Assembly: GCA_030390025.1 (NCBI GenBank)
Contig: JASTWF010000342.1
Location: forward strand, 310,001-374,000
DNA: 64,000 bases
Direction of reading: 5' to 3'
Source of the DNA: Squalus acanthias
Lineage: Eukaryota
The first letter of the stretch is position 1. The number at the start of each line of letters is the position of its first letter. The notes under the pieces were generated by a model. The model had not been told where the DNA came from. It was given only the letters and a program-made list of their open reading frames with translations, and ran no database searches. Shown here piece by piece: positions 1-12,099 of the stretch. A program made the translations under genes and the position numbers.

Positions 1-419
1 AATGTTAAATTTAGAATTCAACATTTTTAAAATCTCCAACAACAATTCACAATCTGAAAGAATGAGACTCCACACTTTTAGTTGTTCACTTTCTGAGCAA
101 GAGAGGTTGATTGAAAGTCATTAACAATTATCACATCATTAAAGAGGTACTTCCATTATTAATTACTAGACTTAACGTTCAGTGATGAGTTTAATAGGCA
201 ATTAATGTGCAAATGCAGCAACTTCATGAAAATCACAGGGAGGTTAAAGATGAGGTGTTGTTTTCGCAAAGCTAATGGTGGAGTAGCGCAAATCGGCCAG
301 CAATTTGTGGCGATTCACAATTCATGGGGTAGCTCTTCCTCGCAAGTTTCTGGCTGATTTGCATATTTATAATGGCATGCATCGTTCGCACGCCGTAATA
401 TTTTCAGCAAATTCTGCCT
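1..419. mobile_element. Probable end of a degenerate DNA transposon (Harbinger-like terminus), cut by the window edge
   Basis: Ends in gcaaattctgcct, resembling the aattt..gcc termini of other Harbinger-type elements here; no coding signal. Confidence 0.25.
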
Positions 420-429
420 GAACCACCAA

Positions 430-545
430 GACAGGCAAATAGGACCTCTCATCCAACAGTGCAGCATGCCCTCAGTAAGTACTGTACTGGAGTGCCAGCG
501 TGGATACTCTGACCCAGAGCTGAGAGCGCCACCAACTGGGTGAAC
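430..545 (-). mobile_element. Degenerate 5' fragment of the Deu-domain tRNA-derived SINE
   Basis: cagtgcagcatgccctcagta...ctgacccagagctgagagcgccaccaactg matches the head region of the copy at 61521-61940. Confidence 0.55.
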
Positions 546-776
546 CCAACAACATTCAATCTCCTTACCCCTTGATCTTTTTACCTAAGTTCTTATGAGT
601 TAGATTTACAACCCCACACACTTCAGGGTTTAATTTCCATGGTGGATTCTTCCAATCATCTTAAATGAACAGCATTTGCACCATTTCTCTGGAATTTCCA
701 GGGATCTTCCACCTAAGTTACGGTGGGCGATCGGGAAAACCCCTACGGAAACTCCACCACTTCTTGTCAAGATTAG

Positions 777-927
777 AGAGGTAATTTTCTAACTTCGTGT
801 TTCAGCGTAGAACCCATCTAACCAGCAGCACATATAAAAAATTTTAAATGGTCAAAAAAGAATTTCTGATAGCCGCTCCTTGTAGATGAAGCTCCCTGCC
901 AACAGTGCAAATGAGAAAATTACCCCT
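777..927. mobile_element. Small MITE (Harbinger-type)
   Basis: Inverted ends agaggtaattttct / agaaaattacccct flanked by tag (774-776, 928-930); related to 60305-60497. Confidence 0.55.
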
Positions 928-1353
928 TAGATTGTAAATTTTAAATTATGTATAAATAAATTTAAATCAGGCAAACATTTATGATTTTACTATGAATCAT
1001 GCACAGCAGAAACTTTCCCCTGGAGTTGTTTGAGTTTCCATAGGGTTGACAGTTATCTTCATGAACTGGAGTCTGAAAGCTCCCTGAATTGAATGGAGAG
1101 GAAGGTCAGACCCACCATATTTCCTGTAACTGCAGTCAGTGTTACTTTATGGTTAACTAACAGTGCACAATCCACTGTGGGAGAGGGCTAGTCCCACCAA
1201 AAGAAAGATTTGCATTTATATAGGACCTTTCACAATCTCAGGATGTCCCAAAGCGTTATACAACCGACTAAGTAATTTTGAAGTGTTGTCACTGTTATAT
1301 AATGCGACAGCCAATTTGAGTGCAGCAAGCTCCCACAAACAGCAGTGAGATAA

Positions 1354-3003
1354 GGAGGCCATCGTGCCTGTACCGGCTCTTTGGTAGAGCTATTCAATTA
1401 ATCGCACTCCCCTGCTCTTTCCCCATAGCCCTGTAAATTTTTTCCCTTCAAGTATTTATCTAATTCTCTTTTGAATGTTACTATTCAATCTGCTTCCACC
1501 ACTCTTTCAGGCAGTGCATTCCAGATCACAACAACTCACTGTGTAAAAATGTTTTCTTCATGTTGCCTCTGGTTCTTTTGCCAATCACCTTAAATCTGTG
1601 TCCTCTGGTTACTGATCCTTCTGCCACTGGAAAGTTTCTCCTTATTTATTCTATAAAAACCATTCATGATATTGAGCATCTATATTAAATCTCCTCTTAA
1701 CCTTCGCTGCTCTAAGGAGAACAACCCCAGCTTCTCCAGTCTCTCCACGTAACTGAAATCCCTCATCTGTAGTATCATTCTAGAAATCTCTTCTGCATCC
1801 TAAGCCCTTGACATCCTTCCTAAAGTGTGGTGCCCAGAATTGAACACTATGGCTGTAATTTTCAGAGGTAAGAGGCGTGGGGGGAAGTGAAAATTGTACA
1901 AATGTAAAACCTGACCCCAACCCACCTCTAACCTGCCCACTTTCACCTTTCACTCAGGAGGGACGGGGGGTGGGGGGGCAGGCTGCCAACCCGCTGCCAG
2001 GAGGCGGGTTGGCAATTTAAATATTATAATGAGGCCTGAAGCCTCTACGTTAACCTACTTTGCAGGCTTTACTGCAGGCGGCTGGGGATCCCGGGGCTCG
2101 GGATTCCCGGTGGCTGCAACGAGGTGGCCTCAACCTCAGGGAGCAATCCTTGTGTGCCGGGAGGAGCAGGAGTGCTTCCTCCCGGCCCCCCAAGCTCCAC
2201 CACCATCAGCCTGCCCCTCCCCAGGGTCGGGGATCGGACCCCCCAAGGGATCGAACCCCTCCCTCAGGGATCGGACCCCCCCCCCCGGGCCTTGAACACC
2301 CCCTCCCCCAGGATCATGACTTGGCCTCGGGGTCAGGGATCGGACTCCCCCCTCCCCCGGGGGATCGGACCCCCCCCCCATGGCTTGGAACCCCCCCCAC
2401 CCCAACCATCCTGGGCCGAGCACTTACCTTGTCCTGTGGCCTCCTGGTCCACGTTCCCCGCACGACTGGAAATCAGCCTGTCAATCAGGCTGACTTCTGG
2501 GCGGGGAACCCGCCCTTCATGTCACACGCACGTGGTGGAGTTTAATCTCCACAGCGTGGCAGGAAACCCGAACTTCTGGGTTTCCTGCCGTCTCCCGGGT
2601 CCCCCCGCACCGTGTGAGTGGGACCTGGGAAAATCCAGCCCTATGCTCTAGCTGAGGGCTAACCATTGTTTTATAAAGGATTAGCATAACTTCCTTCCTT
2701 TTGTACTCTATTTCTCTATTAATAAAACCAAGGATCCTATATGCTTTATTAACAGCCTTCTCAACTTGTCCTGCCACCTACAAAGTTTTGTGTACAGACA
2801 CCCCCAGGTCTTTCTGTTCCTGCACCCCCCTTAAAATTGTACCATTTAGTTCATATTTCCTCCCCTCATTCTTCCTACCAAACTGCGTCACTTCACACTT
2901 CACTGCATTAAATTTCATTTGCCATGTGTCTGCCCATTTTACCAGCCTGTCTATGTCCTCCTGAAGTCTGATACTATCCTCTTCATTGTTTATTACATTT
3001 CAG
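1354..3003 (-). mobile_element. CR1 LINE 3' fragment, itself split by a MITE (pieces 1354-1849 and 2642-3003)
   Basis: Minus-strand ORF2 C-terminal motif AGQVEKAVNKAYRILGFINREIEYK..LYKTMVSPQLE; typical CR1 3' UTR. Confidence 0.85.
1850..2641. mobile_element. GC-rich non-autonomous DNA transposon (MITE) with internal gggatcggacccc minisatellite
   Basis: Imperfect TIRs ggctgtaattttc / gaaaatccagcc; interrupts CR1 cleanly at a ta/tat site; tandem units at about 2226-2400. Confidence 0.65.
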
Positions 3004-4789
3004 AGTGACCAGATCATTTTTTTTTAGCGATATTAGTTGAGGGATAAATATTGGCCAGAACACCACGGAGAACTCCTCTGCTCTTCTTCGAAACAGTGCC
3101 ATGGGATCTTTTACATCCACCTGAGAGAGCAGACAAGGGCCTCGGTTTTATGTCTCATCAGGACCGCAGCAACTGTGACAGTGCCACACTGCCTTATTAC
3201 TGCACTCAAGTGTCAGTCTGGATTTGTGTGCACAAGTCTCCGGAGTGGGTGACTATCCATTGGTTCAGGCAAGCAGCAGTGAAACTTGCCCAAAGAGATT
3301 GGTTTGGATTTTAACTTTCCTTTTTCTTTTTGTTGGGATTACAACACTAGACCTAGAATTCAATCCTTAGGTAATTGTAGAGAATCATAGTGGGCACTAT
3401 CCTTGTTTCCACCACCATCTTTATTGTATCTACTTGCCTTCCAGTGTCTCTGATAAAACAATAATTTCAAAAGGGGTGCATTGAGATTTTCTTATTCATT
3501 CAATGGAAGAAGGGTGAGGCCCATATTTTATGTACATACATTTATCATAGAATATTTAATATTCACAATATTGTACGCTTAATAATTTATGTAAGATGTT
3601 TTGGTTTTTGTGTTTAGTTAATTAACTGGTGACTGGAAGGTTAGGAGCTGGAGCAATCTACAAATCAGGGCTGACCAGATTAAATTGGTGTGTGTTTATT
3701 GAGGAGCAGGGAACATTCAGACTAGATAGTGTGCGTTAGACCCATCAACAAAATCTGAACATAATTTAGAAGTGCCCTTCATTGGTTACAGGCTGCTATA
3801 CTTGTACAAATTAATTCAAATGCAAATATCTGTACTGCTGTAATGTTATCAGGAATATTCTGAAATAGTTTTGCAGATGCATCTTTTTACCCTCATTTTC
3901 TTAAAACTGATTTTAAAAAGTAATAATTTGCAGTTAAATGTTTATATGCATGGGGATGGATTTTCACTTGTTAGCATTTCAATGTATTGGTTTTATGTAT
4001 GTGAATTGAAATGTGATTTTTCACTGAAAATTGATGGTTATTATGCTCATGGCATATTTATTGCTAGTTTACATGCTCCACTGTACACCAAACACCAGCA
4101 TTCATTCTTTTCATCTGCAATGACAATGGTGCAGTAGAAATGTAATCAGGGAATAAAATGAGAAATATTAATGAAACAGAAAGTTACGAGTTTTACATGA
4201 GAAAAATAGAAGCAATAAAGACAGATGGGTTAAATAAAAAGACAAAGTAAAGGAAAAGCAAAAACAGCAAGACTGAAAAATATAGAACCATAAACAAATA
4301 AAAAAAATCAAAAATCCGACAGGAAGCACAAGTGTTGACAGGCACTTCTGCAGCCTGGTACTATTAGAATCAGCCGTTATTTCCTAGTTGTTTTTTGTTT
4401 CACTGGTGTGAATTATCACTTGGCTAAGCAGCACAGTTATCATTTCCTCCCTTAGAATAAATACAAGATATGGATAACTGGCAGTGAATTAGAAGTGTGT
4501 AATTCAACTGAACGTTTCTGATGTCAGTGTCTGGTGCAGGGTAAAGCTGAAGTGGTTGATGAACATCAGCAGACACTCATGATGATCCAGCGAACTGTAG
4601 GTGTTTGCAGCACAGAAGGAGGCCATTCAACCCATTGTGTCCGTGCGAACTCTTTGCTGGTATGTAACTAAGCATAGTTGTATGGTAAAGACAGCATGGT
4701 AGAAATCAAATGATAATAAAACTAATAGCAACGTTCTGGCAGATGCTGAAAGGATAATTTCACAGGATACCATGCTGGAAACAGAGCCT

Positions 4790-5863
4790 CACATCTCAGA
4801 TGTAGGTCTTGGGGGCAATCGCAGATCTCAGGAGGGTATCGTGGGCCGGTGGGGGTAGCGGCAGTCGGCAGTGGCACGCAGGGTTGGGGCCTAGAGGTCG
4901 GGGATCTCGGAGCTGGGGACCCGGGAGCGGTCACGATTGGGAGGGTGGTTTAATGTGGGGCTGGGAGGAACACTCCTGCTCCTTCTGGCTCCACATTCAG
5001 AGGTAAGCATCTTACCTTTTTTGTTGCAGGCATTCTGTACAGTTGGTTTCCCTGAGTGCAGCCAGCGATACTATGGTAAACATTTATAAATCACTGGTTA
5101 GGCCTCAGCTGGAGTATTGTGTTCAATTCTGGGCACCACACTTTAGGATGTCAAGGCCTTGGAGAGTGTGCAGAGGAGATTTACTAGAATGATACAAGGG
5201 AGGAGTGACATCAGTTATATGGAGAGACTAGAGAAACCGGGATAGTTCTCCTTAGAGCAGAGAAGATTAAGGGGAGATATAATAGAGGTGTTCAAAATTA
5301 AGAATGATTTTGATAGAGTAGGTAAGGAGAAATTGTTTCCACTGGCAGGAGGGTCAGTAATCAAAGGACACTGATGTAAAATAATTGGAAAAGAACCAGG
5401 TGGGAGATGAAGAGAAATGTTTTTACGTAGCGAGTTGTTATGATCTGGAATGCATTGTCTGAAAGGGTGGTGGAAGTAGATTCAACAGTAACTTTCAAAA
5501 GGAAATTGGATATATACTTGAAAAGGAAACATTTTCAGAGCTATGGGGAGAGAGCAGGGGAGTGGGATTAATTGGATAGCTCTTTCAAAGAGCTGGCACA
5601 TGCACAATGGGCTAAATGGCCTCCTTATGTGCTTTATGATTCTATGATGGCACTGGCTGCTTCAGGGAAAACCAGTCTTGCAGTGGGGACCTCAAGCAGG
5701 CATTAGGCCTCTTGTTTGCATATGCAACAGGCCTGCTTCAGGCATGGGTAAAGGAGGCCCCTTGTTTTTCCTTACCCAATATGGTTGGCCGCCCACCATT
5801 TTGGGGACTTAGGAGGCTGTGTAACACCTGAAAAACAGGTGCTACTCTGCCCAATTTCTAAGC
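4790..5863. mobile_element. Degenerate MITE-like element interrupted by CR1 5065-5648
   Basis: Right end cccaatttctaagcc resembles the Harbinger TIR at 48197-48210; internal ggaggaacactcctgctccttctggctccaca resembles 50770-50800. Confidence 0.35.
5065..5648 (+). mobile_element. CR1 LINE 3' fragment
   Basis: LVRPQLEYCVQFWAP-type coding remnant, CR1 3' UTR and ttctatga tail. Confidence 0.85.
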
Positions 5864-5869
5864 CAGTGA

Positions 5870-6360
5870 GTTTGAGGGGAATGCATTGGGGGAATTCATA
5901 GTGCACAAGTGAGCAGAAATAGATAGAGAAAGAAAGGAAAACCAAGGTAAGAGCTAATAGGAGGGCAAGCTCACATCTTATCACAGCGGAAGAGGACAGA
6001 GTTGCAGACATCAGGGGCCCAGCATTTTAAAAAAGGATGATTTCTGCGCACCAGCAATTGCAGAAGCTGGGACTGCCTGTCACAGAAGTTTTCAATCTAT
6101 ATCTGAAAATATGGTGAAACCCACCACCCGCTTGTGTGGGATTCTCACACATGGCATCGACACTATTCTGTCAACCATGGATCGTTTGGTCAGCTCAGTC
6201 ACCATTGCGGTTGAGCCCCCCACCACCCACCTTGTAGGACTCTGTAACACCAGTAATAGCATCTCTCAGGGATGTTCATACTGGAGCCATACACGTGGTA
6301 AGAGATCAAAATTCCCCCAGTGACTCTCTGCTCCCCTCTGCAGAATGTTTGAACCTGACA
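5870..6360 (+). mobile_element. Old Harbinger Myb-like gene last-exon fragment
   Basis: gaggacagagttgcagacatcaggggcccagc...aaaaggatg resembles 27400-27445 and 45755-45810. Confidence 0.35.
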
Positions 6361-7050
6361 TTAACAATCATGCCAATTGCTACTGAATTAATTGTCTTAA
6401 AACCACTAATCAAATTTAATTACAAAGTCAGGTACACTTGTGGAAAATCCTGCAGAGCCTGTTGACTTCTGCACACAAATTCATAAAATCCATCCTGTAA
6501 TCTACAGCAAATTAGACTAGTACAAGACAACTATGATTTGTCATATTTATAACATCTGAGTTCTCACTACTCCTGCTCCAGCAGTCTCTTGAAATTAAAG
6601 CAGTCTCTTTGAATAAAGCAAAATCCTGAGTACCAGTGAATGGCAGCATTATTATGAGTAAGTGCCCCTCGGAGTTGCACATGGAAAACATAAGCTAAAT
6701 ATTCACAGAACTTTTTAGTCTGAACAGCTTTCCAAATCCAGTAAAAATGAAAGGATCTGCATCTAGTGCTTAGATTTATATTCTAATCCCCTTTGAGGTG
6801 GAATTCAAGTGAATCTTAATTAAAATGCCCATGAACACCAACATGGTCGCATTAGAGATGCCAAAAAAATTCACATGAAAATAACTGAAAATATTATGAT
6901 ATGACAGATCGAACATTTTAAATATTCGTCAGTGGTACTTTTGTGAATTTCTATTGCCTATGCAGAGACATGAACACGGGTCAGAGATAAGGCTATAACA
7001 TTCTCTGACTCACACTTATGACACATGCTTATGTGCTGGGAAGGCTTTAT

Positions 7051-7396
7051 TCCAATACAGTACTGAGGGAGTGCTGCACTGTCAGAGGTGCCATCTTTCG
7101 GATGAGACGTTAAACCGAGGCCCTGTCTGCCCGCTCAGGTGGACGTAAAAGATCCCATGACACTATTCGAAGAAGAGCAGGGGAGTTCTGGCCAATAATT
7201 ATCCTGCAACCAACATCACTAAAATAAATTATCTGGTCATTATCTCATTTCTGTTTGTGGGACCTTGCTGTGTACAAATTGGTTGCTGCATTTCCTACAG
7301 TACAACAGTTACTACGCTTCAAAAGTACTTCGCCAGCTGTAAAGTGCTTTGGATCGTGAAAGGTGCTACATTAAATTCAAATTATTTCTTTCTTTC
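7051..7396 (+). mobile_element. Deu-domain SINE (SacSINE1/AmnSINE1-like), 5'-truncated
   Basis: Core cagtactgagggagtgctgcactgtc...gatgagacgttaaaccgaggccc...gacgtaaaagatcccatg and tttc tail. Confidence 0.8.
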
Positions 7397-7523
7397 ATGA
7401 CATGACCCCTCTAAGATACACCCTTGGCATCAGTGCCACTCTAGGTTGATATGCTATATCTCACCTAGATACTTGCACGTTTGCCAGCCAGTCTCGGCAT
7501 TAAATAACAAAAATATATTTATG

Positions 7524-7669
7524 AACAAAAAGCAACCAAATACAGAGGCTGGAACCACTCAGCAGGCCAGACAGCATCTGTGAAGAGAACAGACAAGGTC
7601 ACATTTTGAGTGCAGAACGTTTTTCAAAACTGGACCAAATGCTTCCTGACCTGCTGAGTGTTTCCAAAT
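7524..7669. mobile_element. Degenerate fold-back Penelope-like insertion (second family)
   Basis: Inverted actcagcagg / cctgctgagt; 11-bp direct repeat atatatttatg at 7513-7523 and 7670-7680. Confidence 0.5.
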
Positions 7670-8599
7670 ATATATTTATGTCTAACATTAAGCAATGATG
7701 AATTTCATATAAGTAGTTCTGATTCTGAATTCAATGACTGGGATTCATTTGCACATTATTTACAGGTCTCCTCCTATTAACACCTGCTCTGGCATTTTGT
7801 TTCAGCAGGATAATTGAATTTGTTTTAACATGTTAACTAATCTAGAAGACCCCCGTTGAAGTAAGGAAGACACAATCACCTGCTTTTAACTCTTGTTTGA
7901 AAGAATATGATTTGTTACTTTTTATTTACATTAAAAATAAAAAACATAAACTTCACAATTTTTGCAGTACTTTTTTGGGACAAAGGATGAATAATAACAT
8001 ATGCAGTACGTACTTGACAGAGAGCAGCAAATAGTTGGAGTGTGTTACATTTAAAGATTTCAATTGATGCCATAAGCTGTTACAGCAAACCTCAAATAAT
8101 TCTGTGTATATTATATGGAAACCATTCATTCATGATAGTAAGCTATAGTAACCCATTCAAAATGTGACAGATCAATATCTCATGAGGTCTACAGCTATGA
8201 ATGAGTTAAAATCATGACAGAATATTTGGAAGTCAGTTCTGTTTATCTCTAAAGGTGTGTCACGTGTCCAGTGAAAAACACATTTTCAACTGAATTTGAG
8301 TATTACCAGCTGTTGCCAACTATGAAATATTATTTTAAATGTGAATTTTAATGTTGGACCTTATATGTGTGAAACATGGGTAGTGAATTTGCCAACCACA
8401 CCCTGTGAATAAGATGGGTGTGGGGAGCGGGGGTTATGCATTTGTTAATGTTACTGGTTAGTCATGCATATTTCACAAAAAATGTGCTACTCACTAATGT
8501 ACAGCAAGTTTTAAACAACTTTGTTTGCATTTGTGGCCTGTTTGCTTAGAATTTACAGTTAAACTGCTCAGCCAATCTTTGCTTTTGAAAAACCTGCAA

Positions 8600-9660
8600 A
8601 TCTGAAATTGAGAAATTGCCCAGTGTTAGAAATTAACATAACATGCAAATGAAGCGATCGCAATCCATCTGTTTCAGGATATGTATCATATCTTTTCCAT
8701 GAAGAATTATAAAAGTAGACACCATTCCATTGTGTCCTTCAAACATTGCCAGGTGGACTCCAAGAGGAAATATTGAGCTGCAGTCTGTTGGATGGCCTTG
8801 GTGGAGCCTCTGCCCAGCCCTTGCAAAACCATCAATGCAAGGGTCTGAGGCCAGGGCAGGGACTCGCAAAGTCAGGAGTTCCTGGTTTTAGATCCTCAGT
8901 CAGAAACCAACAAATGATGAGCACATGTACAGGCACACCTGCCTGACCCCAGCACAAGTAGGTCAGAGGCCAAAATACTTTTGGGAGTGTCTGAAGCAGC
9001 CCCCTTTCTAAGGGGACCCAACTACTTTCCCAGAGGTCAGCTACCAACAGCAATTCCAGGTATTCTGCAGCGGAGGGGTGGTGGGGGTCTGGGGGGCAGA
9101 TGTATCCCAGATTGCTAAAGGCTTGCTCATACTGACCCCAGGAGATTTTGTGGCATCAGTGGCAGAGTTCCGCAACAGGTGCAAACCTGGTGCATCTGTC
9201 GATACCATGCCCCCATTAAATGTCTAAGCCTATTTCTTCATGTTTAGCAGATCAGTTGCATACCTTATACTTCTTTGCTCTGCTGACCTGGACACGTTAC
9301 TGCTGCCTGCAGTTGCAGCCTGAAAGGATCTGAATGCATAAAATTTAAAGGTGACAGTGATCTTTGCTTCAACTGAGAGAGCAGTGAGGGTTCTTCAAAT
9401 TAGTCTTAGACCCGCATTGAGCATTCTAAAAATATCCTCAATAGTTTCCTTGGGGAACCTTAGCTTCTTCAAACATTTCTTATCTGAGCGGCTTCTGAAA
9501 CTTTTTCTGCTCCTGTACCTTTGGAATAGGAGGTGCAGGTGAGTGGGATGCAAATGCCTCCTGTGCAGTCTCTCCCTTACCCTGTCCCTCTGAATCCACT
9601 CCTCCTCCCCCTCCATCGCAACCTAGACTAGGGAATTTCAAGGATAGAAAACCATACTTG
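8600..9660 (-). mobile_element. Old Harbinger transposase remnant
   Basis: ORF 9395-9616 RYRSRKSF..SDKKCLKKLRFPKETIEDI resembles the N-terminal part of the other transposases here ([19 protein letters not shown]); the rest is highly decayed. Confidence 0.5.
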
Positions 9661-9796
9661 GGTGGTTTTTAGGCAGTTTTACATGGGGTCATGGGTAGAG
9701 AGTTGGAGAGATTATCAGCTGAAATAAGGACTGGGCCCGAAACATCAAGATAAGAAACCTATATCCTCTAGATCACAGAACTGAACTCAATAATAG

Positions 9797-10015
9797 CATG
9801 ATGCGGAGATGCCGGTGTTGGACTGGGGTGGACAAAAGTGAGAAGTTGCACAACACCAGGTTATAGTCCAACAGTTTTATTTGAAATCACAAGCTTTCGG
9901 AGCTGCTGCCCCTTCGTCAGGTGAAGTAAAGCACCTGACGAAGGGGCAGCAGCTCCGAAAGCTTGTGATTTCAAATAAAACTGTTGGACTATAACCTGGT
10001 GTTGTGCAACTTCTC
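9797..10015 (-). mobile_element. Fold-back non-autonomous Penelope-like element with hammerhead motifs (copy 1)
   Basis: Perfect 84-bp inverted arms 9840-9923 / 9932-10015 with 8-nt loop; ~40-bp one-sided tail; direct repeat ctcaataatagca at 9786-9798 and 10013-10025. Confidence 0.85.
9929..9971 (+). ncRNA. Minimal type I hammerhead ribozyme motif (mirror copy on minus strand at about 9884-9924)
   Basis: cac-CTGACGA-a-ggggc(agca)gctcc-GAAA-gctt-gtg: core boxes, stem II, palindromic AGCT stem III, stem I cac/gtg. Confidence 0.75.
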
Positions 10016-10281
10016 AATAATAGCAGAAATAGAAGTAATCACAAACTAGAATCTAAGTACTCAAAAACCATACAGTTACAAGCTTCAGTAGCAATCTTCA
10101 CCATTCACTGCATCCAGGTAATGAGGGACACCTGATTTATACAGGTGTGCACTCCACTTCCATTAGTGGGTGATGCTTTATTAAATGGCAGATCAAAGGC
10201 CAGAAAGCAAGGCAAGACAATTCTGGGGTGGATCTCTGGCAGTGAGGACCTTCCCATCACACTTCTGCTACACTTTGGAAA

Positions 10282-10700
10282 TGGTAACATAATGGTTATG
10301 TTACTGGACTTGTAATCCAGCAGACCTGGACTAATGATCCATTGTAGTTCATAATCTCACCATGGCAGTTGGGGAATTTAAATTCAATTAAAATAAATCT
10401 TGAATAAAAAGCTAGTATCAGTAATGGTGGCCATGAAACTACCAGATTGTTGTAAAAACTCATCTGGTTCACTAATGTCCTTTAGGGAAGGAAATCTGTC
10501 ACCCTTACCTGGTCTGGCTTATATGTGACTCCAGACCCACAGCAATGTGGTTGACTCTTAACTGCCCTCTGAAATGGCCTAGCAAGCCACTCAGTTATAT
10601 TCAAGAAGGCAGCTCACCACCACCTTCCCGAGGGCAATTAGGGATGGCAATAAATGCTGGCCTTCCCAGCAACACCCATATCCTGTGAATGAATAAAAAA
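10282..10700 (+). mobile_element. tRNA-derived SINE sharing its 3' tail with the LINE at 24734-26578
   Basis: Degenerate A/B-box head; tail caagaaggcagctcaccaccacctt...caattagggatggcaataaatgctggcc...gaatgaataaaa also ends that LINE. Confidence 0.7.
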
Positions 10701-11167
10701 ACGATCCTCAGCACAAGAAAAGCCCAGGCCACTAAGTTTAATAAAGCGGAAAAGTCTGAAGTATCACTGCAAGTGCAACTCTTTATTAGGGCTTTGTGTA
10801 ATTATTTAAAATCAATCAAATATCAAAAATCAATATATGCGCAATTTCTACTTCAGACTTGTACGAAAACCAAATATCCATGTTGTTGTGCACCTACTTT
10901 ATGACAATTATTTGCAGGCTGGGGTATTAAAGCATCCACTCAGATTCTCTTTTAAATCTGTAATTCCCATTCCTCCATTCCACTGATAAGAATTGCTTAT
11001 AGGCAATCTGTGTCATGAGCTGGGAAACTTAACCTTTCAGAATATATTCTGTAACACAATAACTAATCAGTACTAAAGCTCCTTTGTGTTTAGTTAATAG
11101 TTCCAATTTTATGCATCCATAATATGGTAAATAAAATATCAGGAAGAGATTTCTGGAGAAACTCTTA

Positions 11168-11910
11168 AGGGGAAAAATTGAGTCGCGCCCCCTTTGGGGC
11201 GCTAACTTTACTGGGCAAAAAGATTAGCGCCCCCGCGGCCGAAATTCATCGGTAGCGCCCCAAGAGGGAAGCGGGGTGCTACTGGAAGCGCCCTCCCTCC
11301 CTCTTGGGGCGCTGCGAGTGAATATTGCAGCGCTACATGCCATAGCGCCATGCTCTGTGGCACGTCGCACTGCAGTATTGCAGGCCTTCCTCCCCTTCTT
11401 AAAGGGGAGGGGCCTTGTGCAGCGTGACCCGGGGCCCAGCTGGGCCACCAGAGATCGGAGTGCTGGCAAAGCAGCCTGGCACTCAAGAGAAGTGCTGGGC
11501 TCACGGAGCACAGCCGGCACTCTGCAGGGGGGCTTCAGAGGAGGCCGGGGACGGCAGAGGGGGCAGGTGCTGGCAGGCAGCCAGCAACAAAAATGGCCGC
11601 CCAGCACCTTCACTTTAATTTGCGCCGCCCTGGCTGCAGGTACGGCCCCCCTGACCCCGTCGGACATAGCGTCCAGCGGAAAGTCAGGGGGTGCTACCGA
11701 ATATCGCGGCCGGGGCGCTGCGCACGGCGATGATGTCATCGCTGGCAGTGCAGCGCCGTGAGGCACTAATGGTTACCACCGCCACTAACCTCCTGCTGAA
11801 TTTCGCAGGAGGCGTTGGCGGCGCCGCGCCCGAGCGCTAGTTGCTTTGCGCCCTGTTAGCGCCCTCCTAGGGCACTAACGGGAGGCGTAAAGCAACTGAA
11901 TTTTTAGGCC
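11168..11910. mobile_element. GC-rich Harbinger-type MITE (~740 bp)
   Basis: TSD tta (11165-11167, 11911-11913); ends aggggaaaaatt / aatttttaggcc; right subterminal region homologous to 22550-22639. Confidence 0.75.
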
Positions 11911-12099
11911 TTATAGTTTTACCTTGGAACTCCAGTGACATATGAAATATGTGCTCTTTAAGTACAAATCACAGATTAAAGAATGGCTGGGAATTTCCTC
12001 GGAGCTAATCCCGCTCTGCTGCTGTAACTTTGGCAGGAATGCAACTGAAACCCCATTTTCATGAGCTAGATGCGAACATTGCGCTTTGGATGTACTGCC

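Larger units (their letters stand above)
1201..3252 (-). mobile_element. Deu-domain SINE split in two (1201-1353 and 3006-3252) by a CR1 insertion
   Basis: Both halves match the copy at 7051-7396 on the opposite strand and rejoin as cagcagtgagataa|tgaccagat. Confidence 0.75.

Noticed and set aside
2029..2651. Pro/Gly-rich collagen-like ORFs
   Set aside because: Open in several frames because of a GC-rich tandem array inside a MITE
3400..4560. Possible exon or enhancer (ORF 3871-4137, octamer near 3820)
   Set aside because: No recognisable protein, and a single short motif in AT-rich DNA is insufficient
9840..10015. Assembly artefact or pre-miRNA explanation for the perfect palindrome
   Set aside because: A second independent copy with its own TSD and arm mismatches argues against artefact; the hammerhead boxes and tail fit a retroelement better
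11208..11766. Overlapping long ORFs and a CpG island suggesting a promoter or first exon
   Set aside because: Entirely inside a TSD-flanked GC-rich MITE
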